From Candidatus Bathyarchaeota archaeon (GTDB lineage: Archaea > Thermoproteota > Bathyarchaeia > Bathyarchaeales > Bathycorpusculaceae): 64,000 nt of DNA. Below the pieces are notes generated by a model. It saw only the letters and a list, made by a program, of their open reading frames with translations, did no database searches and had not been told where the DNA came from. Of the stretch, positions 41,951 to 51,881 are shown piece after piece (position 1 is the first letter of the stretch; the number at the start of each line of letters is the position of its first letter). The translations under genes were made by a program, and so were the position numbers. Location: assembly GCA_963827165.1 (NCBI GenBank), contig CAWGZR010000005.1:608001-672000 (forward strand), read 5' to 3'.

Positions 41951-42012
41951 TGCTAGCCCCGAACTTATGCTCAGAACGAGAAATCGTTCATTAGAGAAAG
42001 GAGAAATATAAA

Positions 42013-43737
42013 TTGAATAAAATACAAAAAATAATAGTATCTATGTTAGTTATAGCAATGAATGACTTTTTCAGCAGGCGCAGCACTACGTACATGACAT
42101 CTTACGGTCGCTTCCCTGGAGCTACCAACACGTTGGTAACCCCAGGCCAATTGACAGTCGCAGGCTCAAGCACAGTCGGTCCAATCGCTACCGAAGAGAT
42201 TAACCAGCGACTGCAGGGGGCAATTTCGTCAGCATACTGGAACAACTTAGTTAGCACTGGCGTCAGTTACTTCATCAGACATCAGTCAAGTTAACTTGGC
42301 AACCTTAGGCAGCGGAACTGCAGTTCCAGCATTAGCGACAACAACCGGCAACTGCTGACATCGGAGAAATGTCAAGACCACCAAGACGGCCGAATTTTCA
42401 ACCACAGGCATAGTAGACATGCAGCAATATGCAGTCGGCGTTGACAGTGTCGCAATCGTTGTAAGCCCTGACATGACATGGCTCCCAACAAGCCTCAACC
42501 ACAAGGTCAGAAGATTGCAGGTTGCACTATTCGCAGACACCACTCCAACAAACGACGGCAACCAAGGCCTCACAGGCGTTACAGGCTCCACAGCATTGTG
42601 CAAAACTTGGGATGACTTCTTCATAGCTCACATTCGGCATTTCAACCACAGGCGTTCCATCCGCAGCCTTATCTGCAGAACATTCTTCGCGCAGTCAGAG
42701 ATCCAACATCAGGAACATTCGACTGCTTCGACAACTATTTCATAGCTCCAAACGGCTACCAATTTGAAAACAAAGCAACTACATCGACAAGCCCCGGCCA
42801 GAACCACCGTTGACGGCTCACAACGCAAATGGCGCCATTCACATACTGCCAAGAAAACATAACATTTACAACACCGTAAGTGCAGGCAAACTAACCTCAT
42901 CCAGCGATTACATTGGCTTCATCTCACTAGGATACTTAAACAGCTACGGCGGACCACAGAATTGGGTAACAGGAACAGTAGCTAACCCAATCCCAGCCGG
43001 AATCACTTCAGCCACAACTATGATCGGCATCCCCATCTCATACAACCTGGCAGCAACACCATCAAGCGCCCCAGCAGGTTCTCCAACACCAATCCTCAAA
43101 TATTATGGCAGCTCAGGCACATACTCCTTCATAGGAAGCACCGTAAACGCACCAACTTGGGGAACAGCAGTCGCACCAACAGACGCTAACGTCATCTACT
43201 CTTACTCCGGAATCGCAGGCGCACAAGCAACAGGCATGTACAATGCATGGAGATGGCTATGGGAAGTTACCAGGTACAAACCATCTTCAGGCCCAACCTT
43301 AGTAGCAGGTGTTTGGATTGCTTACATGATGGCAGACGGCACAACTAACGCAGGCGAGACTCCAGTATCGAACTCCACGGCATCGGCTCAGGAACCAGCG
43401 ACTTTGTCGCAAGACCAAAACTACATTCTCACTCGAACGCGACGACATGGCAGGCGGACCAGTACTCGACTCTAACCTTGACAGCATACACCACACTGAA
43501 GCCTACGGCAACTCAGACTCAACATTCCCAACAGGTGTAGTCAACTTCAACGACATCACATACTTTGTTGCTGCATACATCGACTACAACGTAAACCACG
43601 TCTACAACCCATACGCAGACCAAAACGCAGACGGCGCCATCAACTTCAACGACATCAGCCTCTTCGTCGGAAACTACATAGCATACTACACAACTACGAA
43701 ACCCAACCATAAATCTCCCCCATCCTTTTTTATTTAA
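42013..43737 (+). CDS. pstS: phosphate-binding protein PstS fused to a C-terminal dockerin-like module (multiple frameshifts)
   Basis: Across frames: LTVAGSSTVGPI, GSGTAV, DIGEMSR, VGVDSVAIVV, RDPTSGT, IGFISLGY; then GVVNFNDITYF..YADQNADGAINFND. Confidence 0.85.
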
Positions 43738-43764
43738 ACAGATAATTGAAAGGAGAAACAAAAC

Positions 43765-46182
43765 ATGAACATTAAAACCTAAAACAAAACACATAGTAGC
43801 CTTGGCATTGACCCTTTTTATGGTCATGCTCGATGCTATTCGCGTGCGCGCATGCGGCGTATACCAGCGACCGGAACACCACCCTATCTTGATATTGTGC
43901 GCAACCGGCGGCGCTGCATCAACAAGCACCACCAATATTCCACTGAGCAGTTGGCACTCAATTCTCAGTAGATGTCCGAGTTGACAACTATGCAGACGTA
44001 AACCTTGGCCAGGCGCAAAAAACGGTATCAGCGGAGTCAGTTATGAGTCACATTGGAACCCAGCAGTGCTTACATACGTATCCATACTCAGAAGTCAATT
44101 GGCTACCATCACAATCAAACGCAGGTGACCTACAAAACCAGGTTGCATCAGGAAAAATAACCTTCGGACAGATTGCATTCTCAACGAGTAACCCATTCGC
44201 AGTAGCCTCAAGCGCAACTGGATCGGTATCCGCAACTATCACATTCCAAGTGGTCAGCCGCAGGCACAAGCGCTCTTACTCTTACACCTCAAGGCGCAGG
44301 CGTTCCATACATCGTCGCTCCACAAACAGTCGGAACACTCACATCAGGCCACGCAGTTACAGGATCACTCACATACAATGCACTATACAACCCACAAACA
44401 ACAGTCAGCCTATACGCAAATCCAGCAGACAGCGCAAACACCTTCCAGTTCGCAGCAGGCACAGACCCAATCGGCCAAACATTCCAAGTTGACATGTACA
44501 TCAACAACCCCAATGCAGTTCAAGTTTGGGGATGGAACTTAGGCGTAACATGGAATGCAGCAGCAATCCAACTGACAGGCATCACTGAAGGAACATACCT
44601 ATCAACAAGTAACCTAAACAATGCAAACGGCGCATCAACAATCTTCGTCCCAGGCTACGTAGACAACAACGCAGGAAACATCCCACAAGGAATCAGCGAC
44701 GTATACCTATCAGACTCCACAACAACCAACCCACAAGGTGTCCTTTGCACATTAACCTTCACCGTCATAAGCTTCACCAGCAGCAACATCAACCTAGTCC
44801 AAGGTATCCCATCACTTGAAACACTCGTAGGAACAACCCCCACGGCAGTTACACCAGCACCAGTGCTCCAAAACTTCCAATACATAACAAACTCCCCAGC
44901 AGCACCAACAAGCCCAGTTGCAAAAATCACCAACGGCGCCACAACCTACACCAACGGACAAGCCCTCTCACCAGCATTCAATTCAGGTGCATCATTCGGC
45001 TTGACCGCAGCGAACTCAGTTCCAGGAATGGACGTTATCCCGAACTCTGCAGATCTATCTTACCCGAGTTATCCAGTTACAGGATACTCATGGTCTTTCA
45101 CAGCAACTGCAGGCGCACCAACATTGTTCACAAGCCCAACGACAACTGAGACACTAAGCTTCCTCACACCAACAGTTAACTCACTTACCACATACACCGT
45201 ATCGCTAACAGTGACAACAGCATCAAATCCAAATGATGCGAGCTACATCCCAACAAGCATCGCAACAACATTCTCATTCCAAGTCCAGCCAGCATCAACC
45301 GCACCAACAACCGCAGGCGCACTATTAGACATCTACGTTACAAACCCGGGAACTCCAGTCTACAACCCATCAGTAGCCTCAACGACCAATCCAATGTACG
45401 TCCCTGACGGAAACAACGGCAACCCACTCGCAGCAGGAACAAGCGCATATACACCAAACTCCTACAGCGACGCATTCGGCCCACAAGCAGCCATGATCTT
45501 AACCGGCGTCGTAACATTCAACGGCGCACCAGTCGCAAACAAAGAAGTAACCTTCAATGTCGTAAACAATCAAGGCGTAGTAATTGGAACATACACCGCA
45601 ATGACCGACGAGAACGGAATCGCAACAGTTAGCTACAGACTTCCATGGTTTGACGGCACTTATGCAACTGGCCCAGCAAGCGAATTCGGTATCTGGAGCG
45701 TAAAGGGAGCAGTTGAAGTTCAACAAACAATCGTAACTGACAACATGCCATTCGACTTCGGAGACATAATAAGCATAGTCAGCGGCAGCGTAACACCAGC
45801 CTCATCCTCAGTGCCAAGAAGCACACTAACGATATCTACAAGCCAATCATTCACAGTCGGCCTCTCAGGCATCTCCGACCAGTCGCAAGCCTACTGGATG
45901 TCCTACACCGTGATTGATGCAGGAAACGTACCAGTCGCAACCGGCGTAGTATCATCATCAATGCCAGCAGCAGCGTACTCATCAACAGGCGGATTGACTG
46001 TAACTCCAAGCACAAGCAGCACAGGCGCATCATTCGTAATCCCGTCATATGCATTCGTCGGAACCGCAACAATCGTCGTTAACCTCTACAATGCAAACCC
46101 AGTCACTTCACTAAACACGGCCGTAACCTACTGCCCACAAGCATCAGCAACCTTCACAATAGCTATACCCTTCGGCGAATAA
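43765..46182 (+). CDS. major scaffoldin-like protein: 2 cohesin-like + PKD-like + C-terminal di-domain (5' part frameshifted)
   Basis: ATG 43765 with GGAG RBS; first cohesin WLPSQSNAGDL..ITFGQIAF..SATITFQV; second cohesin VWGWNLGVTWN..ITEGTYL; FVIPSYAFVGTA. Confidence 0.8.
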
Positions 46183-46216
46183 GTTAAAGATGGTAAATAA
46201 TCAAAAACCATCCCTA

Positions 46217-46234
46217 TCTTTTCTTTTTTCTTTT
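46217..46234 (+). terminator. oligo-T terminator
   Basis: T tracts after 46182. Confidence 0.5.
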
Positions 46235-46315
46235 CAAACTAAAATTTTAATATAGCTTGTTCGGAATTTGATTTGCTTTCTGTTAGTCTAATTAAGAATT
46301 AATATTCCAACCGCT

Positions 46316-46386
46316 TTTCTACGTTGATTTTTTCTATATAGAAACTGCTATTCTCAATATTATATTTTGGATAGACTAAATACTTT
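46316..46386 (+). promoter_or_regulatory. perfect 14-bp palindrome TTTCTATATAGAAA and promoter shared with 48896-48960
   Basis: Palindrome at 46331-46344; 24-bp identity between 46351-46374 and 48916-48939. Confidence 0.7.
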
Positions 46387-46424
46387 CAGTCAAGAATTAA
46401 TTCGTAAGAAAGGGAGAGAATTAT

Positions 46425-47480
46425 ATGAATAAGAAATTCCTATTAGCAGTTTTTCTCATTGGGATCGTCTTGGCAACCGTAGTTGTGGAAGTCAGAGCCA
46501 TCAACGCTTCAACGGTGACTTTAACACTTGGCAATAACGCGAACAATCCCTCTACACAATACCCAGCCGACGCGTACTCGCTATTCACGTTAAATCAAAC
46601 CATGATATACAACGACATCGTACAAACACAGTACCCGACCGATGGGCTCGTAGGAGTACAAATCCAGGATCCAAACGGCGCCACAATGGTAATCAGGACG
46701 CTGCAAACAGGCACCACAATTCCAGACTCAATACCCATCACCATAAGCGAAGCATTCCTGTGCAACAGTGGCGAACAGAATATTACCAGCATAACGATCC
46801 CATCCGGCACCAACTTGTTTGTTCCGCAGATTTATTTCACTGTCTACAACAATCAGGCTACAGCGCAATCACTAATAGTTACCCTCAACGTATATGACAG
46901 CAACGGCATACCGTTCCCTGCAGTATCCCAAGTTATGCCTAATGTTCCGGCTTACACCTCAAAAGAATCCACTCTAAATTTCTATATCCCGTCGTGGGCT
47001 CACTACGGCACAGCTACAGCGTATGTCGACGTTTACACCGCCATGCCCAATAATAACGGCTATCCACTGGGAAAAGAATACAACTTCCCATTCACAATAA
47101 CAGGCGGGACAGCATACCAAGGTCTCCAGCCAATGACACAGAGTAAAAATGGTTCCCCAACTAACTTCTTCAGCATGTCTTTTAGACTGCCGCAGTACTC
47201 TGACGTCACACTTGGCGCCTTCACGGTCACATCCACAGCAAACTACCTGGGCGTCATGGGTTCAGAAACAACACCTTTCAGCGTCCAAGAGTTTGCAGAC
47301 GTTAATGGAGATAGCGCCGTAAACTTCAATGACATAACAAACTTTGTTGCGCTATACATAAACTACTTCGCGAACCATGTATACAGCCCACAAATAGACT
47401 TCATACATGACGGAAGTGTAATTAACTTCAATGATGTAGCTCTCTTCGTAGCGTACTACATTCAGGCTTGGAGCTCATAA
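46425..47480 (+). CDS. secreted di-domain + dockerin-like protein
   Basis: FYIPSWAHYGTA, SFRLP; FADVNGDSAVNFND..IDFIHDGSVINFND. Confidence 0.85.
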   Translation: MNKKFLLAVFLIGIVLATVVVEVRAINASTVTLTLGNNANNPSTQYPADAYSLFTLNQTMIYNDIVQTQYPTDGLVGVQIQDPNGATMVIRTLQTGTTIPDSIPITISEAFLCNSGEQNITSITIPSGTNLFVPQIYFTVYNNQATAQSLIVTLNVYDSNGIPFPAVSQVMPNVPAYTSKESTLNFYIPSWAHYGTATAYVDVYTAMPNNNGYPLGKEYNFPFTITGGTAYQGLQPMTQSKNGSPTNFFSMSFRLPQYSDVTLGAFTVTSTANYLGVMGSETTPFSVQEFADVNGDSAVNFNDITNFVALYINYFANHVYSPQIDFIHDGSVINFNDVALFVAYYIQAWSS

Positions 47481-47485
47481 GAAGC

Positions 47486-48835
47486 ATGAGAAAAAAAACA
47501 ATCGCTCTGCTGATCCTCACTATCTTAGCTTTCTCTATTTTTCCTTTTGTTCCAAATACGAAGGCTCAAGGTACATCGCCAACCGTTTCACTTACGCCTT
47601 CAACAACTCAAGTGACACAGGTCAATCAATACATCTTCCTAAACGTTACAATAACTGATGTTCAAAACCTCTGGGCATGGACCGCTACTGTCACTTGGGA
47701 TCCAACAGCACTAACCCTGATTGGTTCTCCAACAGAAGGAAGCTTCCTTCAACAAGCGGGCACCACAGAATTTATCCCCACTCCTGCGAAAAACCAACCG
47801 GGCGCAGAGGTCATTAATGACGCAGTTCTGGGCTATGCCGGAGCAAGCGGAAACGGAGACTTAGCGACGATCGAGTTCCAAGTAATAGGACAAACTTCAA
47901 CAACCGTTCAGCTGGGCAATATAACTATAGAAGGTCCACCTCCAAGCGGATCGTTGTACGGCACCTCAATAACACTTGCAGCGACTTCTTCATCAGCAAC
48001 AATCACCTTTGTTTCAGGCGGAGTCCCAGCAGCCGACGCTGGACCGGACCAAACGGTTACGCAGGGCACAACAGTAACCTTCGACGGCTCAAAATCTCTA
48101 CCATCATCCATCACATCATACTCATGGAACTTTGTGTATAATGGCGCTAACGAATCGCTTACCGGCGTAAATCCCACTTTCGCATTTAACCTCCCGGGTA
48201 TATACGTTGTTACACTAATAGCTACAGACGCAAACGGCCCCAGTACACCGACAACAGTAACAATAACAGTCAATAGCAGCAGCAAACCAATCGCCGTAAT
48301 CGCGGGCGTCAGCCAAGGGCAATCAGTCCCGACAGGACAACCTATAACCCTTAGCGGCACAGGAAGTTCCGAGCCTAACAACGGAACTATAGCCAAATAC
48401 CTGTGGGGCGTTAACCTTATCTCACAAACAAGCACTGCCGGCAAAACCAGCCAAGAGACAGGAGGCGCTTTAGCGATAGGATCAAACGCCACCGTAACAT
48501 ACACTTTTTCGTCCTTTGCGTCAGATCTGAAATCAGAAACCTACAACATTACGCTAACAGTTTTCGACGCAACCAACCAAAACAACACCGCCACCACACA
48601 AATTACTGTTGTCCGCGGCACAGGCGCAACCTCAACCCCTACAGCAACCAGCTCAACTACGACATCAACCCCTGGATCCACTTCCACTTCGGGTGCAACT
48701 TCAAGCCCAACTCCCGCCTCCACATCGGACGACGGGCCACAGGCAGGTCTGCCACCCGAGGTAATAGCAATCACAGTAATCATCACTATACTGGCACTCT
48801 GCGGATCAACCATCTGGCTAAGAAAAAGAACCTAA
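47486..48835 (+). CDS. anchoring scaffoldin-like protein: cohesin + 2 PKD + S/T linker + C-terminal TM
   Basis: VQNLWAWTATVTWDP..EGSFL; ADAGPDQTV..FDGSKS; LPPE-TM-RKRT. Confidence 0.85.
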   Translation: MRKKTIALLILTILAFSIFPFVPNTKAQGTSPTVSLTPSTTQVTQVNQYIFLNVTITDVQNLWAWTATVTWDPTALTLIGSPTEGSFLQQAGTTEFIPTPAKNQPGAEVINDAVLGYAGASGNGDLATIEFQVIGQTSTTVQLGNITIEGPPPSGSLYGTSITLAATSSSATITFVSGGVPAADAGPDQTVTQGTTVTFDGSKSLPSSITSYSWNFVYNGANESLTGVNPTFAFNLPGIYVVTLIATDANGPSTPTTVTITVNSSSKPIAVIAGVSQGQSVPTGQPITLSGTGSSEPNNGTIAKYLWGVNLISQTSTAGKTSQETGGALAIGSNATVTYTFSSFASDLKSETYNITLTVFDATNQNNTATTQITVVRGTGATSTPTATSSTTTSTPGSTSTSGATSSPTPASTSDDGPQAGLPPEVIAITVIITILALCGSTIWLRKRT

Positions 48836-48895
48836 TGAAAACGTCAAAAAGCAATTTATCTCCTCTTCCTTACGAAATTGTGCCTGTTTGAGTTT

Positions 48896-48960
48896 TATCT
48901 ATATAGATAATACAGTTCTCAATATTATATTTTGGATAGGGCTAAATAATTTAGTCTAAA
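48896..48960 (+). promoter_or_regulatory. palindrome TATCTATATAGATA and duplicated promoter
   Basis: Palindrome at 48896-48909; homologous to 46331 onward. Confidence 0.7.
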
Positions 48961-48990
48961 GATATCGCTGTAAAGGGAGAGATATATTAT

Positions 48991-49788
48991 ATGAAGAAAT
49001 TCGTGTTAGCAGTTTTTCTCGCAGTCCTCGCTTTGGTAAGCGTCATAGCAATTTACCCTTCACACGCAAGCACGGCAACAACGATGAGTATCGACTCATC
49101 TACCCAACAATTTCCCTCAGCCACGGTTGGATCCACCATACAAATAAACATTGAAGTAAGCAATGTGCAGGGTCTTTGGGCATGGGACGTAGCTGGGTTG
49201 ACGTTTAATCCTGCATACTTGAATTTAACAGGTGCTAGCGAAGGTCCGTTCCTTCAAAAAGCTGGACAGACTCTATTCATCTGGACTTCAACTTCCCAAG
49301 TTTCCTTCGCCAAAGGCGTCATTCCAGACATATCTGACGCGCTGCTTTCCTATTCCACTGAAAGCGGAAGCGGCGTCCTTGTTACCTTAACGTTCCAAGT
49401 TCTTTCCTTGGGTACTTCACAAGTAGCTTTTAACCAAACGACCCTCGATACCCCAATAAACGAAGCGACAGGAGGACACACGGACTTTGAGCAAATCCCC
49501 TGCACGAACATTAACGCAAACATAGTTTTAGGGCCAAATACAGCTACGCCTTCACCAACATTTACATCGAATCCTTCCTCAACCCCCGTCAGTTCGACCT
49601 CTCCAAAATCATCAACCACACCCACAGCATCTTCAACCGCCAAAGCATCCTCATCTCCTAACTTGACATCCACCCCGACACAAAACGCCCCGGAATATCC
49701 AATCGTCTCAATCTTAATAGTGCTTTTCGCTGTCATCACACTCTCAACTTTAGTGCTCGCCACGAAGGCTAAAGTCAACAAAAAATAG
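48991..49788 (+). CDS. anchoring scaffoldin-like protein: cohesin + S/T/P linker + PEF-CTERM-like anchor
   Basis: VQGLWAW..FNP..EGPFL..SGSGVLVTLTFQV; APEYP-TM-basic tail. Confidence 0.85.
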   Translation: MKKFVLAVFLAVLALVSVIAIYPSHASTATTMSIDSSTQQFPSATVGSTIQINIEVSNVQGLWAWDVAGLTFNPAYLNLTGASEGPFLQKAGQTLFIWTSTSQVSFAKGVIPDISDALLSYSTESGSGVLVTLTFQVLSLGTSQVAFNQTTLDTPINEATGGHTDFEQIPCTNINANIVLGPNTATPSPTFTSNPSSTPVSSTSPKSSTTPTASSTAKASSSPNLTSTPTQNAPEYPIVSILIVLFAVITLSTLVLATKAKVNKK

Positions 49789-50158
49789 CCTTTCCTCCAT
49801 TTTTCAAAAAAAAAGTAGATATTCGCAAAAACGAAACAATTCTTTTTGATTCCAATAAACTCACTCAATTTTTGCTGTTCTTGATCTACATCGGTCACAA
49901 AATTTGCAAAATTGACCGAAATAACCAATAAAGATTGAATGCACGTGGCAGTTTTCGATAGAAAACTGAACAAATTTCGTTTTCTATATTTTGAAAATTA
50001 TCTATATTGACTATATGATCTATTTGGCTAAGGTAAAATAGTTAACGTCACAATAGTTCTTTTCAGAGGGAGCGCTTCGATGTTTCATAAAAAAGGAGTT
50101 ATGACTATCTTACAGCGGCTTACGGACGATAGCGCTCACGCTTTTGGAGGCCAGCTGA

Positions 50159-50316
50159 ACGAAACATAAGAAAATTATTTGTTTGGTCCTGGTCTGTATC
50201 TTTGCAATTTCTGTTTTTTCAGTAATGACGCACTTTATCAATGCTCAAACTGGTCCAATTTTAAGTATCGTTCCAACAGGCGATCCGGGGGCTACCAGCA
50301 TCACTATGCTTTCAAC
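50159..50316 (+). repeat. 158-bp near-identical inverted repeat, copy 2
   Basis: Partner of 21578-21735. Confidence 0.9.
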
Positions 50317-51871
50317 CCAAACCGTCGGCACAACCTTTTCCGTCGATGTCCGGATTGACGACTACTCAACCGTAAATATTGGCGGAACTAACAATGGTAT
50401 TAACGGAGCCAGTTATGTGGTGACCTGGGATCCAACAGTTCTGGCGTATCAATCTTATACTGATGGAGCTTGGCTTCCATCCCAATCAAACACTGGCGAT
50501 TTGTCAAACAAGGTCGCGAACGGACAATTAACCATAGGTCAAATCGCTTTCGGAAGCAGCAGTTTTATAACCGCTGATAGCGCTTCTGGGTCAGTTTCAG
50601 CAACCATTATATTCCAAGTTCTCAGTAACAGTGTCGGTACCACCATTGGACTTGAGCAGCAAGGAGCAAACGTTCCTTACCTTATTGCGCCGGAAACCGT
50701 AGGCGGACTCACCTCAGGCCATGCGGTTTCTGATGTTACCGCTGTGAATGCGCAATACGGAACAGTGGCTTCACCTACTCCCTCGCCCACTGGGACACCT
50801 ATACCTACTTCTTCCCCAACTCCGACACCTACCCCCACACCAACATCTTCCCCTACCCCAACGCCGACTTCTTCTCCTACACCCTCAGGACAAACCCAGG
50901 GACCAATAGCCATTATCACTAATCAAAATGGAACAACATACCAAACTGGTGAACCAATACTTCTTGATGGCGGTACCTCAACTGCAGGATACGATGCAAA
51001 TAGTGCAGAAACGTGCCCAATAACAAATTACGCTTGGCTAGTTCAGTACGAGAACGACTCTGTATTCGGTGTCTATAGCGGTGGGGGCGTAACAATTAAC
51101 GTAAACAGTGCAACGTCGCTTCATGTCACTTTGATAGTAACTGCCCCAGACGTTGATACTTCACCAAATTCTCAATACACAAACACTTCGACGACAAGCG
51201 TTTGGATTAATGTCCAAACAGCTCAGTCACTAACAAAAATGGATTTCTTCTCCAGCCAAAGCGTCTATGGACCGCAACAACTGGTGCAACTATATGTATA
51301 CGTCACGTATAATGGGGCGCCTGAACCCAATGAAAACGTGGCATTTACTGTAATAAATCCGAGTGGCACAATTGTCTCTGTGCGTACGGCCTTCACTAAT
51401 GAAACAGGCTACGCCTACACGGATTATATAACACCCAACATTGCATCGTCGATTGGGACATGGACTGCCATATCATCGGTAGAGGTCAACCAAGTAATAA
51501 TCACTAACAAGATTACCTATGAATATAACTACCTGGTCACCGTCACAACCAACGGCATTACAGTCCCCTCAACTGTTGCAAGAGGCGGCACAATAACCGT
51601 CACAGTGGCCATCCAAAACACCGGTGACATAACACTCAGCTCAGTTGTAACCATCACGATTTACGACCAGGACAACGTACCCATAGCCACCGACCTGCTT
51701 CCTGTAACCAACGCTGCTAGCGGGGCAACGGTTTCAGGAACATTTACTATTCCAACCTGGGCTGCCGTTGGAGAAGCAACGGTTTACGTTAACATCTTAT
51801 CGGCTGACCCTACAGCAGGTGGAGTCCCGTTGTGCCCTGAACAGACAGCAAATTTCCAAATAACCGCATGA
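50159..51871 (+). CDS. cohesin + PT linker + PKD-like + di-domain protein; start position reads ACG
   Basis: ACG-AAA-CAT-AAG matches ATG-AAA-CAT-AAG of the 21735 paralog; GGAGG at 50146-50150; FTIPTWAAVGEA. Confidence 0.85.
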   Translation, partial: TKHKKIICLVLVCIFAISVFSVMTHFINAQTGPILSIVPTGDPGATSITMLSTQTVGTTFSVDVRIDDYSTVNIGGTNNGINGASYVVTWDPTVLAYQSYTDGAWLPSQSNTGDLSNKVANGQLTIGQIAFGSSSFITADSASGSVSATIIFQVLSNSVGTTIGLEQQGANVPYLIAPETVGGLTSGHAVSDVTAVNAQYGTVASPTPSPTGTPIPTSSPTPTPTPTPTSSPTPTPTSSPTPSGQTQGPIAIITNQNGTTYQTGEPILLDGGTSTAGYDANSAETCPITNYAWLVQYENDSVFGVYSGGGVTINVNSATSLHVTLIVTAPDVDTSPNSQYTNTSTTSVWINVQTAQSLTKMDFFSSQSVYGPQQLVQLYVYVTYNGAPEPNENVAFTVINPSGTIVSVRTAFTNETGYAYTDYITPNIASSIGTWTAISSVEVNQVIITNKITYEYNYLVTVTTNGITVPSTVARGGTITVTVAIQNTGDITLSSVVTITIYDQDNVPIATDLLPVTNAASGATVSGTFTIPTWAAVGEATVYVNILSADPTAGGVPLCPEQTANFQITA

Positions 51872-51881
51872 GTAGAGAAAA

